From a virus: 64,000 nt of DNA. The translations under genes were made by a program, and so were the position numbers. Below, in pieces: positions 8,440-18,015 of this stretch. Within the stretch, counting starts at the first letter, position 1; each line of letters opens with the position of its first letter. The DNA lies in the IMG/VR virus record IMGVR_UViG_3300033145_000849, positions 1-64,000 of that record. One strand, given 5' to 3'. The notes under the pieces are model-generated. The model saw only the letters and a program-made list of their open reading frames with translations, was not told the DNA's origin and searched no databases.

Positions 8440-9681
8440 TTATTTCCTTGTCCCCCTTTTTCGTGGATCAAATCCGGTGATAGACACGAACAATTCAAAA
8501 TTCCTCTTATACTCATTAAGGATGTCTTCCCTGGTTAATGTTGGTGTAGACACAAAGCATTTGTCTATGCTCTTGGCTTTAGTCACTGCTTCGTCCCAAT
8601 CGTAATCATATATAGTGATAAGATCTTCAAAAGCAGGATCTGTTCTAACAGGAGCATCTGGAAATGGAAAGAAAATATTGTATCCAAAGGCTTCGGGTCG
8701 GGCTTGTTCCATCCATTCTTGAGTCTTTCTGATAGTTTCTCTAGTCTCACCAGGCAATCCTACTATAAGCATAGCGTTACACTTGATACCAATCTCTCTA
8801 CACATATGAGCAAACTTGATATTTTCTTGGACATTAGTTCCCTTACGAATAAGGTCAAGGATTTTTTGACTGCCAGATTCTACCCCAATAGCTACTTCTA
8901 AACAACCAGATTCAGCCATAAGTTCTAAGTCTTCCCTATTAAGAACATTGACACGACCATAAGATCGCCACTTTATATTTAATTCTTTAACACCCTTCAA
9001 TATCTCACGAAAGCGGGGTCTATTTATAGACATAGTGTCATCTACAAACATGAAACTATCAAACCCATACTGATTCTTAAGGATTTGTAACTCCAAGATG
9101 ACATTCTCAGGAGATCTTTGTCTTAACTTGGTCCCAGCAGTAGAACAAAAGGCACATCGATACGGACAACCTCTAGAGGTCATTACATTAATACATTTAA
9201 GGTCCCTTCTAAGAGGAAAGTTGTAAGCTTGCATGTTTAGCTTAGAGAAGAAGAGAGGATGTAGCTCGTCTAAGTCCTCAATAGGCTTACCTTGAACTAC
9301 TCTGGTACTAACATTTCTATCTATAATCTCCAGAAGAACCCGCTCGCCTTCTCCAACAACCAAATAGTCCCAGTCATCCTTTAGGCATTCCTGAACACAA
9401 GACTCGGTATTAAGATGAGGTCCTCCAAGAACAACTCTAGCCTGGGGAGCTATTTTTCTAATTCGATGAAGGGCTTCTCTGGCTATAGGATACTGATTAG
9501 TCGTAGCAGAGACACCATACACAGCATAGTTATTAGGGATGTCTTCTACTCTTTTGTGAAGGATATCAGTCTGAACAGAGGGGGTTAGATAGGAAGCTAT
9601 AGACAATACTCCAGTAGGAATAAACTCATACTGAGCTAAAGCAAAATCATCTACTGGTACAAAAAGAAGAAGGTCTTTCAT
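8440..9681 (-). CDS. B12-binding radical SAM protein (class B methyltransferase-like)
   Basis: VLGGPH, VVGEGE, TSRGCPYRCAFC, FVDD, IGVESGSQKIL, IVGLPGET. Confidence 0.92.
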   Translation of the reverse strand: MKDLLLFVPVDDFALAQYEFIPTGVLSIASYLTPSVQTDILHKRVEDIPNNYAVYGVSATTNQYPIAREALHRIRKIAPQARVVLGGPHLNTESCVQECLKDDWDYLVVGEGERVLLEIIDRNVSTRVVQGKPIEDLDELHPLFFSKLNMQAYNFPLRRDLKCINVMTSRGCPYRCAFCSTAGTKLRQRSPENVILELQILKNQYGFDSFMFVDDTMSINRPRFREILKGVKELNIKWRSYGRVNVLNREDLELMAESGCLEVAIGVESGSQKILDLIRKGTNVQENIKFAHMCREIGIKCNAMLIVGLPGETRETIRKTQEWMEQARPEAFGYNIFFPFPDAPVRTDPAFEDLITIYDYDWDEAVTKAKSIDKCFVSTPTLTREDILNEYKRNFELFVSITGFDPRKRGTRK

Positions 9682-9682
9682 C

Positions 9683-10726
9683 TTACTCCATAAAGTCAAC
9701 TAGTTGTTGGAAATACTTACGCGAATTATAGTAGAGATGACCCTCTAATGCTGCTTGGTATTCAGACACAAGATAACCATAGAACTCCCTGTCTGTTACC
9801 AGTCTGTCTAGGTTCCCTTGAATTGCTTCATACGAAGCGTCATGTGAGAGTAGAAAATCATACCTTGTTGCTATGTCGTCAAATAGAGATCCGGACCAAG
9901 TTAAAGGAATGATTCCTCTCATGACTCCTTCAATCATACTTCCTCCAGGACTAATTACTGGAGTAAGAACCTTGGTAATATCTAGTATTTTATAGATAGC
10001 ATCCATTTTAATCAAAGGGAAAAACTGTGCATTGTTAATAGACTTTAAGAGATCTACAAGCTGAAGATTTTCAACTGCTTTAACTTTATTGTCTGTTAAT
10101 TCATGAGCCATGAGAAAGATGGAATTAAGACTATGTTTTTCTGAAACTTCTTTAATAGCCTTCAGAACATTATGACCTGCAGTAAACCAGTGTTCTTCAT
10201 TGGGAGAATGTCTATCTAGAAAAACATCCTTAGCTGAAAAGGTAAGGGTCTTGTTATCGAAAGAGCCTTCTCTAAAGCTATCAGCTAATGGAACTGGAAG
10301 ACAGAAGGTTTTATGTTGAAAGATGTTTCTATCATGAATAAAGTTCTTCTTAGATTGTACATATGGATAGGCAATAACATGATTTTTCCCAATCATTGAC
10401 TCTTTTGTTAAGTGATCTTCAAATCCATAAGATAGATGTACATACGTTTTTGCTGTAATGTCCCCTATGTCTTTTCCTTCCCACCAACAACAGTTAACAT
10501 ATACATCACAATCAATATGAGAGGTGTCTGACCAGGGTCGTAAAGTACAGTTAGGAATAGGAGCAGACTGTCCCCATAGAGCTGGATTGCAAATACAAAT
10601 AACCTCGTGGCCTTCCTTTGCTAAAAACTCAGCCCAGTTCTGAGCCCACCTACTCTCTCCCCTTTCTGGAGACTCTAGGCCTTCATAGATAGAACCTGGG
10701 ATATCAAAAACAATTCGTAATGGCAT
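9683..10726 (-). CDS. divergent GT-B-like glycosyltransferase (paralog family member 1)
   Basis: RGESRW, LAKEGHEV, GGSMIEGVMRGIIP, LDRLVTDREFY. These motifs are shared with 16828 and 18008. Confidence 0.6.
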   Translation of the reverse strand: MPLRIVFDIPGSIYEGLESPERGESRWAQNWAEFLAKEGHEVICICNPALWGQSAPIPNCTLRPWSDTSHIDCDVYVNCCWWEGKDIGDITAKTYVHLSYGFEDHLTKESMIGKNHVIAYPYVQSKKNFIHDRNIFQHKTFCLPVPLADSFREGSFDNKTLTFSAKDVFLDRHSPNEEHWFTAGHNVLKAIKEVSEKHSLNSIFLMAHELTDNKVKAVENLQLVDLLKSINNAQFFPLIKMDAIYKILDITKVLTPVISPGGSMIEGVMRGIIPLTWSGSLFDDIATRYDFLLSHDASYEAIQGNLDRLVTDREFYGYLVSEYQAALEGHLYYNSRKYFQQLVDFME

Positions 10727-10743
10727 ATTAAATCCTGTTTCCT

Positions 10744-11625
10744 TTATGTATTACATAGCTTATGGACAAGCTGAATAGATGGACGAGCTTCTTCGATTCC
10801 AAACCCACGTCCTGCTAATGTCTCTTGGTAAACAAGAGTATGAAGGTCTGTAAAACCTTTACTAAACTCAAAGCGATCACCATCTATCAGTATTTCTCTA
10901 TGAGCAAACTTCTTACCTGGCTCTATTTTAAAGGGCAGGTCAGTATTTTGAGTTGATAAAAACCAGCGTATTCTTGCTCGTTCTAATTGAATAATACCTG
11001 ACATACGATTAGAGCTATTGAGATGAACCTCGTGACTAACCAAATCACCAAACAGCCATAGCATAAGATCGAATAGATGAATCCCAATGTTGGCACCAAT
11101 CCCTCCAGACTGTTCAGGACGACCTTTCCAGGTAGTTTCATACCAAGGTCCACGAGCAGTGATGTAAGTTAGCTCTACCTCATGGTCTGTCTTTGTAGGT
11201 TCTTCAAGCAATCTTTCTCTCAGCTGAATTAGTTCTGGGCTAAGACGAAGCTGTAGTACAGAATAGACTTTACGTCCAGAACTCTGTTCTAAAGACTGTA
11301 GCATATCAAGATCACGAAGATTAATTACCAAAGGCTTCTCACACAATACGTTTGCACCAGCTTGTAGAGCCATGTAGATATGAGAAGAGTGCAGGTAGTT
11401 TGGAGAACAAATAGATACCCAGTCAACATGGTTTTCCTGTATATATCTATAGAATCTTTCTGTTTCAGGGAAGAACTTAGTGTCCAATGAATATCGATCA
11501 AGTAGCCCAACTGATGGATGAGGATCTGTTGCAGCTATTAGATTACATCCAGTTTCATTTATTGCTTGTAAGTGTCTTGGGGCGATATAGCCTGCTGCAC
11601 CAACAATAGCAAAGTTCGTAGTCAT
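10744..11625 (-). CDS. wbpB: UDP-GlcNAcA 3-dehydrogenase-like Gfo/Idh/MocA oxidoreductase (WbpB/WlbA)
   Basis: FAIVGAAGYIAPRHLQAI, ICSPNYLH, CEKPLV, SGGIGANIGIH, FTDLHT. Confidence 0.88.
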   Translation of the reverse strand: MTTNFAIVGAAGYIAPRHLQAINETGCNLIAATDPHPSVGLLDRYSLDTKFFPETERFYRYIQENHVDWVSICSPNYLHSSHIYMALQAGANVLCEKPLVINLRDLDMLQSLEQSSGRKVYSVLQLRLSPELIQLRERLLEEPTKTDHEVELTYITARGPWYETTWKGRPEQSGGIGANIGIHLFDLMLWLFGDLVSHEVHLNSSNRMSGIIQLERARIRWFLSTQNTDLPFKIEPGKKFAHREILIDGDRFEFSKGFTDLHTLVYQETLAGRGFGIEEARPSIQLVHKLCNT

Positions 11626-12191
11626 TATAGCTCTCTTAATTTGTTATCAAAAACTTGATAGTATTTGTCGCAAAAAAGACATGCCCAGCGAGGGCCTTCT
11701 GTCCAGAGCTGCTTGCCACAGGAACACATCCATTTAGAAAATCTAGCAGGATTGCCAACTACTAGAGCATAGTCTGGAACATCATGGGTTACAACAGATC
11801 CTGCACCAATGAAAGAATACTGTCCAATCTCTACCCCACAGATGATAGTAGCATTAGCTCCAATAGTAGCACCTTTGCGTACAATAGTCTTTTTAAATTC
11901 TTTCTTACGACTGATTTCACTACGAGGATTGATTACATTAGTAAACACCATAGAAGGACCACAAAATACATCGTCTTCTATAGTAACTCCTTCATAAACT
12001 GAAACGTTATTCTGAATCTTTACGTTGTTACCTATGGTTACATTAGGCCCAGCCATTACATTCTGGCCTAGAGTACATCCTTCTCCAATGGTAGTATTGT
12101 GTAATATATGGCAGAAATGCCAGATAGAAGTTTTATCACCAATACTAGCAGGGTCGTCGTCAATTATTGATGTTGGATGAACATAAGCCAT
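11625..12191 (-). CDS. wbpD: WbpD/WlbB-type N-acetyltransferase
   Basis: [44 protein letters not shown]-terminal Cys cluster. Confidence 0.88.
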   Translation of the reverse strand: MAYVHPTSIIDDDPASIGDKTSIWHFCHILHNTTIGEGCTLGQNVMAGPNVTIGNNVKIQNNVSVYEGVTIEDDVFCGPSMVFTNVINPRSEISRKKEFKKTIVRKGATIGANATIICGVEIGQYSFIGAGSVVTHDVPDYALVVGNPARFSKWMCSCGKQLWTEGPRWACLFCDKYYQVFDNKLREL

Positions 12192-12194
12192 TAA

Positions 12195-13730
12195 TTAATC
12201 TCCTATCATTTCCCTAGCTTCATTACAAGCAAAACACTTGGGGTCTGTACAAAATAAAGAACTCCAGTCTTCTTGAAGCATCTTGACTGCAGTATCAACA
12301 ATCAGTTTTACTGGCATTACAGTTAAGGTACTGTCCCCTACCTTGGTTGTAGAGATCTTGCTACTATCAAGATGAGACTCTATGTTGTTAAAGCCTAGGC
12401 TGCATCCAGCGCGACGAACCTTAACCTCAGACTCTGGGTTGATTCGTTTAACCATTTTTGATCTATCGAGATATGGTACCTCTGCAAGCTCCTGTGCTAA
12501 ATGAATCACTGAACAGGCATTATAATCTACCCCAATGAAAAGAACTTTAGCATCCATAAGGTATAGCTTATGAAAGGGAGAGTCAATTCCAAAGGCTGAT
12601 TCAGTATCATGTCCCTTTACAAACTCTTTAGCTTGAGATCCCCAGGCAGCTACAGAATGAGTAGGATGATTACTTCTCAGAACTTCTGGCCTTAGGTTAA
12701 AGGTTCCAGCAATAGCTCCAACAAGTGAAAGAGTAGTTTCTTTGTTGAAAGGAACTTTCCCGTAAGAAAAAGCAGGCATTACTATCATGCCTTGTTCGGT
12801 TATTATTTCTTTAAGTATTTCTATAGGAGTGTAAACACCAGCTTCTAGAATGCCAAAAGATCCTAAAGAAGAGTGAACAATTACACAGTCTCCCTTCTTA
12901 ATACCTATCTTTGTTAAACCATTAGACAGTCTAGTCTTTGTTGCAAAAGGAGCTTTCCCAGAAGGAAATCTTTTAGGATGAGGAAAGAGAGGTGCTTTTC
13001 CGCCACGTGGACCGAGCTTACCATCAGCAGCAAGATATTGTACTGGATTAAATATGTCAATAACTCTTGGGATGTTATCATGTATACCTTCCCATAAAAA
13101 TGAGTTAAATAATATACGATAATTATCTGCAAAATCATCCATCTGACCTCTGAACATCAAGGAAAAATTAACCTGAGAACCACGATAAAGGAAAGACATG
13201 ATATCTTCATCTTCTTCAATCTCTTCTATAGCTTCTCTAAAACTTGGGACATCTACTATTCCATTTGATACAGCAGCATGATTAGTAGTAAACGAGGCTA
13301 GATAACCTCCATCAGGTAATTTCTTTTTATGTTCATTTACCAGTATCTCTACAAAATCATGGTGTGCTGGATAATAGTCATCTTCTATAAGAACATAGTA
13401 ATCAAAATCTTCTCCAGTTTGTTTAAAGTGAGCACAAGCCTGTACCCACAGTCCATAAGAATGAGCTCCTCCCGGTAGTGGTAGAAACTCTACCTTACAG
13501 GGAAGTTGATCTGCAAGGTCTTGTACTCCCCAGAACTTCTCTGTAGCTTCATCTCCTCTTCTATTTATAGGCAAGGCCTGACACACAGTAACTTGTGCTA
13601 ATTGTGACGTATCTGTTTTTAATAGTTCCTCAAAATGATGTCTCAAAATTCTATCAGGATCAATATTGACAGAGGCATCCCATCCACGACCAGCACATGC
13701 TGCAATGAGATAGTTTACCTTTTCAACCAT
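12195..13730 (-). CDS. fusion of a GT-A-like domain and an aminoglycoside N3-acetyltransferase (AAC(3)/YokD) domain
   Basis: N-half has YVLIEDDYYP. C-half has GDCVIVHSSL, VMPAFSY, RSNHPTHSVAAWG, FGIDSP, IHLAQE. Confidence 0.8.
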   Translation of the reverse strand: MVEKVNYLIAACAGRGWDASVNIDPDRILRHHFEELLKTDTSQLAQVTVCQALPINRRGDEATEKFWGVQDLADQLPCKVEFLPLPGGAHSYGLWVQACAHFKQTGEDFDYYVLIEDDYYPAHHDFVEILVNEHKKKLPDGGYLASFTTNHAAVSNGIVDVPSFREAIEEIEEDEDIMSFLYRGSQVNFSLMFRGQMDDFADNYRILFNSFLWEGIHDNIPRVIDIFNPVQYLAADGKLGPRGGKAPLFPHPKRFPSGKAPFATKTRLSNGLTKIGIKKGDCVIVHSSLGSFGILEAGVYTPIEILKEIITEQGMIVMPAFSYGKVPFNKETTLSLVGAIAGTFNLRPEVLRSNHPTHSVAAWGSQAKEFVKGHDTESAFGIDSPFHKLYLMDAKVLFIGVDYNACSVIHLAQELAEVPYLDRSKMVKRINPESEVKVRRAGCSLGFNNIESHLDSSKISTTKVGDSTLTVMPVKLIVDTAVKMLQEDWSSLFCTDPKCFACNEAREMIGD

Positions 13731-13731
13731 G

Positions 13732-14928
13732 TTAGATAAGTTCCTTTATATTCTTAGCTATTTTCCTAATTCCCATAGCAATGTCATACATGTCTTTTTT
13801 ATCTCCAAGAAGAACATGGTGAATAAGCCACATTGTATCTTCACAAGCAGCTTCTACTACTGGAAGATGAATGTCTTTATAGTTAACAGGCCATTCTCTT
13901 TCCTGGAAGGCAGGGTTCTTGTATAGTGGAAACTTATAACCAGGCATAACTGGTATACCTTCAGCTACAAGCGCCTCACTAATCCTATCTTTAGGGATGT
14001 CCTTAAACAGATTCCTGTTGAGTTGCATGAGAAAGAGATGTCTTGGATGAATCTCGGTTCGTGAGTCAACAGTTGTTGGAATCATAAAGCCATCTTCATT
14101 GAGCAGTTCTGTTAGAAGATTGGCATTGTCCATTCTACGATTGTTCTGTTCAGTAAGCCTATCTAACTGAGCTAACAATACAGCAGCTGACCATTCTGTC
14201 ATCCTGTAGTTAGATGTTGTCTCAAAATGCTGATACCAAAGACCACCTTTCTTTCTACCATGCCAAATATGCTCCCAACACTTCTCTATGAAAGCGTCGT
14301 CTTTACTGATAATGATGCCACCCTCACCAGCTGTCATGTTCTTACTGTATTGAAAGCTAAAGGTAGCAGGTCCATAAGCACCAGGATCTATTCTGTCCCA
14401 TTTGGCACCATGAGCCTGAGCTGCATCTTCCACAATGGCAAGCCCATGTTTGTCTGCAATCCTACCTAGTTCTCTCATGTCTGCAAAGTGTCCAGAGAAA
14501 TGGACAGGAAGAATAGCTTTGGTCTTGGAGGTAATTACAGACTCTACACTAGCAGGGTCCATAACTAGAGTGTCCTTGTCTATGTCGGCAAAAACAGGGG
14601 TAGCGCCGATCCTAGCTGGTGCTGAAGCTGTAGCAATGAAGGTATAGGCAGGAACAATAACCTCGTCATAAGGCTCTACTCCAGAGACAGACAGGGCAAT
14701 TTCAATAGCTTGAGTACAATTGGTGCATGCTACTGCAGAAGAAGCTTTGTGGTAGGCCGCAAACTTCTCTTCAAACTCATTGATAACTCCTGTACGTTTA
14801 CCTACTCCCCATTTACTCTTGTGAAGAACATTGATGAGGTTTATTTCTTCTTGTTCTTCATAGATAGGCCATACGTGGAACGGGTCAGTACGAACAGGGG
14901 TTCCACCAAATAGTGCTAGCTTTGACAT
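13732..14928 (-). CDS. DegT-family aminotransferase, BtrR/RifK-like subtype
   Basis: MSKLALFGGTPVR, VPAYTFIATA, EDAAQAHGA, FSFQYSKNMTAGEGG, NYRMTEWSAA. Confidence 0.92.
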   Translation of the reverse strand: MSKLALFGGTPVRTDPFHVWPIYEEQEEINLINVLHKSKWGVGKRTGVINEFEEKFAAYHKASSAVACTNCTQAIEIALSVSGVEPYDEVIVPAYTFIATASAPARIGATPVFADIDKDTLVMDPASVESVITSKTKAILPVHFSGHFADMRELGRIADKHGLAIVEDAAQAHGAKWDRIDPGAYGPATFSFQYSKNMTAGEGGIIISKDDAFIEKCWEHIWHGRKKGGLWYQHFETTSNYRMTEWSAAVLLAQLDRLTEQNNRRMDNANLLTELLNEDGFMIPTTVDSRTEIHPRHLFLMQLNRNLFKDIPKDRISEALVAEGIPVMPGYKFPLYKNPAFQEREWPVNYKDIHLPVVEAACEDTMWLIHHVLLGDKKDMYDIAMGIRKIAKNIKELI

Positions 14929-15851
14929 GTTTCCTCCAGGTATCTTCCAAATCTTTTAAGACCCCGCTGAAGAGATCTTTGAGGGATGAATCCATATAGA
15001 GCTTTAACTTCTAAAGGAGAAGCATAGAAGGTTGTATACTCTGCAGCAGGGGCTTTGTCGTGATGTAGTACAAAATCTTTATTAAATGTTTTTGCTGCAA
15101 AATGTATAAGTTCATTTATAGTAAGAGGACTTCCAACACAATAATCTAGTATCTTATTGCTCTTGTCAGATTTTATCATTTTAATGATTCCCTCTATTGC
15201 GTCATCTATATACATAGCATCAATATAGTTTTTGCCATCACCTTTAATAGTAAAAGTATCCTCATGGTTTAGACCGAAAGCTTTAACAAGATTAGTATAA
15301 ATCTTTCTAGGTAGCTCCATGGGTCCATAAGCACCGAAGAACCTTAAACAAATATAGTTGTCTAGATGATTGGTATTCTTTTGGAAGTGTTCAATGTATC
15401 GTTCTGATGCAAGCTTAGATATGCTGTATGGCGTAGTAGGATTGACAGGTAGAGAAGGGTTAACCAGGCCCTTGTAGCCCTCATAGACTGACCCAGAAGA
15501 CATAAAGATAAGCTTCTTGATAAAAGTAGACTGAAGAAGATTCAGTAGTGAATTAACATTCGTTGTTAGATCTGTTACAGGCTCTTCGTATGACATTGCA
15601 ATATCAGAATTGCCCATAGCATATAGACAAACATCAAATGTCTCACCAGCCTTACAGAGAAGATCGACTACGCCTCCTATAGTAGTTAGGTCGGCTTGTA
15701 CTGGCGTAACATTCTTAAGTTCACGTGACCCTACAAAGTCTATAAAGTCAGTTGACTTGTGATAGGTAGCATAGCAGTCCCATTCAGATGGTGCCTTAAG
15801 AAGGAAATGTCTTCCTATGAAACCTGACCCGCCGACAACAAGAACCTTCAT
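14916..15851 (-). CDS. NAD-dependent epimerase/dehydratase
   Basis: GGSGFIG, SSGSVY, YSISK, RFFGAYGP. Confidence 0.9.
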   Translation of the reverse strand: MKVLVVGGSGFIGRHFLLKAPSEWDCYATYHKSTDFIDFVGSRELKNVTPVQADLTTIGGVVDLLCKAGETFDVCLYAMGNSDIAMSYEEPVTDLTTNVNSLLNLLQSTFIKKLIFMSSGSVYEGYKGLVNPSLPVNPTTPYSISKLASERYIEHFQKNTNHLDNYICLRFFGAYGPMELPRKIYTNLVKAFGLNHEDTFTIKGDGKNYIDAMYIDDAIEGIIKMIKSDKSNKILDYCVGSPLTINELIHFAAKTFNKDFVLHHDKAPAAEYTTFYASPLEVKALYGFIPQRSLQRGLKRFGRYLEETCQS

Positions 15852-15852
15852 G

Positions 15853-16818
15853 TTATATCTCCTGAGAGTATTGTTTATACCATTTTATAGTTTTCCGCAA
15901 GCCTTCTTCTAGTCCTACTGCTGGTATGTAATCCAAGAGATCGTGTGCTTTCTCTATGTCAGGAATCCTTACCTCAATCTCTTCTCCAGGATGCTTCTTG
16001 AATACAATCGTTGAAAGAGAATCGGTCATTTCTATAATCTTCTGAGCTAAAGTAACAATATTGGTTGATGCTTGTGGGTTTCCAATGTTAATTGTTTGAT
16101 TATTTATATTCCTTTCTAAGATTTTAATGAAAGCGTCAGTGAAGTCAGACACATAACACCATGCTCTAATTTGAAGTCCATCATTATAGATAGTAATGTC
16201 TTCATTGGATAGAGCTCTTATGATCATCTGCTGAATAGCACCTTCGCCAATTTGACGTGGTCCATACACGTTGAAGGGACGAACTGATATTGCATTCAGA
16301 TCATACTCTTCTGCATATGAATGTGCCAAGTGCTCGCTGGCCAACTTACCAATTGCATATGTCCAACGCTTCTGTCCAACTGGACCTATAGTAGTATTGT
16401 CTGTTTCTTTACCCTTGTAGACAAAGGATCCATATACTTCACTGGTAGAGAAGTCTATGACCTGTTTCACATTATGTTCTAATGCTGCTTCAAGTACATT
16501 GTATGTACCAATCAGATTAACTTTCATAGTAGTTGTTGGGCTACTAGAGACTGAAAAGATTCCCGCGATTGCTGCACAATGTACAACAATGTCCGATCCT
16601 TTCATGCTCTTAGACAGGTATACAGAATCCAACACGTCACCTTTGATTAAAGTTAGATTCTCATGTGTTATGAGGTCCTTGTCAAAACACACTGAATCTC
16701 TAGTATAGTTATCGTAGATAGTTACTTTGTTGTTGTCTATAAGTCTGTCTATGATATGAGAAGCAATGAAGCCAGCTCCTCCTGTTACAAAGATAGTTTT
16801 GTTTTCAATTTTGTTCAT
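15853..16818 (-). CDS. NAD-dependent epimerase/dehydratase (UDP-glucuronate decarboxylase-like)
   Basis: VTGGAGFI, STSEVYG, RWTYAIGK, RPFNVYGPRQ, R-x-PDI. Confidence 0.9.
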   Translation of the reverse strand: MNKIENKTIFVTGGAGFIASHIIDRLIDNNKVTIYDNYTRDSVCFDKDLITHENLTLIKGDVLDSVYLSKSMKGSDIVVHCAAIAGIFSVSSSPTTTMKVNLIGTYNVLEAALEHNVKQVIDFSTSEVYGSFVYKGKETDNTTIGPVGQKRWTYAIGKLASEHLAHSYAEEYDLNAISVRPFNVYGPRQIGEGAIQQMIIRALSNEDITIYNDGLQIRAWCYVSDFTDAFIKILERNINNQTINIGNPQASTNIVTLAQKIIEMTDSLSTIVFKKHPGEEIEVRIPDIEKAHDLLDYIPAVGLEEGLRKTIKWYKQYSQEI

Positions 16819-16827
16819 GACTTACTC

Positions 16828-18015
16828 CTAAATGACTTTTCTTGATACTAAAAATCTATTTAAACTATTGTTAAAAGCTGCATAGCTATAGGTATTTACA
16901 GCATAGGTATTATATGATTTTGCAATTTTAGTATAAAAATCATGATCAACTAATAGTCTGTCAAGAAGTGCACATCCTTCTTCATCTGTAGGAGTAGAAA
17001 GATAATCTGGACAACCAGCTAATGCACCATGTTGACAGATTTGAGGAGATCCTCCTGATTGTACAAATGGAACACCATGCATAGCAGCTTCTAAAGGAGG
17101 TCCACCATAAGAAATTTTCTCGCCAATAAGAACCTTAGCTTGTGATTGTTCAACTAACATATTAGCATAGTCAACTTCATAGCATAATTGTACTCTATCT
17201 TTGAGACTTGAATAAGGTTGTATGTCTTTATGTTTCCAAAAATAACCATTCATATCTTCACCAATATCATTAAGATATATAGTTTCATTCTTTATAAAGT
17301 CATGGTCTCTTGCTGCTGCTAATGGCCATCCGGTTAAAACTCTTAATTGCAGAGTATTATCTTTCAACATTTTATCCAAAGCCCAACGAACAGAAGGAGA
17401 TGTTTGTAGATCAGATAAAAATTGTATACGATTACACCAAAGTATATTTTTATTATGGAAACGATCTTCATAATAAGATTTAGGAATCCAAGGAAGAGGT
17501 AAGAAAAAGAACTTTTCACTAGTAGTAAAATTACCAAGATGTTCAGGCATTTCAATCCCTGCTTTGTTTTCCTGAAGCCATTCTTTGTGTTCTCCATCAG
17601 TATCACCAAGTTCTCTTAGATACATTTCTGGATGTCCCATACAGAAGAATAGATTGCCATTTACTATGGTTCTTTTTTCTTCTATCTGTTCTATTTGGTC
17701 TAGCCAAGGACCATGAAAAACATGAACAACAACTGCAGTAAATTGATATTTACCTATTAAATGAATAGCAGCATTCCAGTCTTGTAATAAAAGAACACAG
17801 TTAGAAGGAGTAACAGGTCCTAGTAACCCTTTATATTTTGGATAAAGACTTCTTCCTTCTGGCCAATCATAACCTAATGTATATACCTCTTCTATTTCTG
17901 GATTTTCCATACAGGCTTCTAGAGCAAATCTTTCCCACCTGCCTTCACTTCTAAGATTTCCATCTCGAAGATCTCCAGGAATAGGATCTCGTAGAGCAAT
18001 ACATGCGTTAAACAT
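16828..18015 (-). CDS. divergent GT-B-like glycosyltransferase (paralog family member 2)
   Basis: NLRSEGRWE, GGPPLEAAMHGVP, LDRLLVDHDFY. Confidence 0.6.
   Translation of the reverse strand: MFNACIALRDPIPGDLRDGNLRSEGRWERFALEACMENPEIEEVYTLGYDWPEGRSLYPKYKGLLGPVTPSNCVLLLQDWNAAIHLIGKYQFTAVVVHVFHGPWLDQIEQIEEKRTIVNGNLFFCMGHPEMYLRELGDTDGEHKEWLQENKAGIEMPEHLGNFTTSEKFFFLPLPWIPKSYYEDRFHNKNILWCNRIQFLSDLQTSPSVRWALDKMLKDNTLQLRVLTGWPLAAARDHDFIKNETIYLNDIGEDMNGYFWKHKDIQPYSSLKDRVQLCYEVDYANMLVEQSQAKVLIGEKISYGGPPLEAAMHGVPFVQSGGSPQICQHGALAGCPDYLSTPTDEEGCALLDRLLVDHDFYTKIAKSYNTYAVNTYSYAAFNNSLNRFLVSRKVI

Noticed and set aside
12195-12950. Acquired clinical aminoglycoside resistance gene
   Set aside because: The AAC(3)-fold domain is fused to a GT-like domain within a sugar pathway and has no integron or IS context. 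Resistance cannot be claimed from the fold alone.
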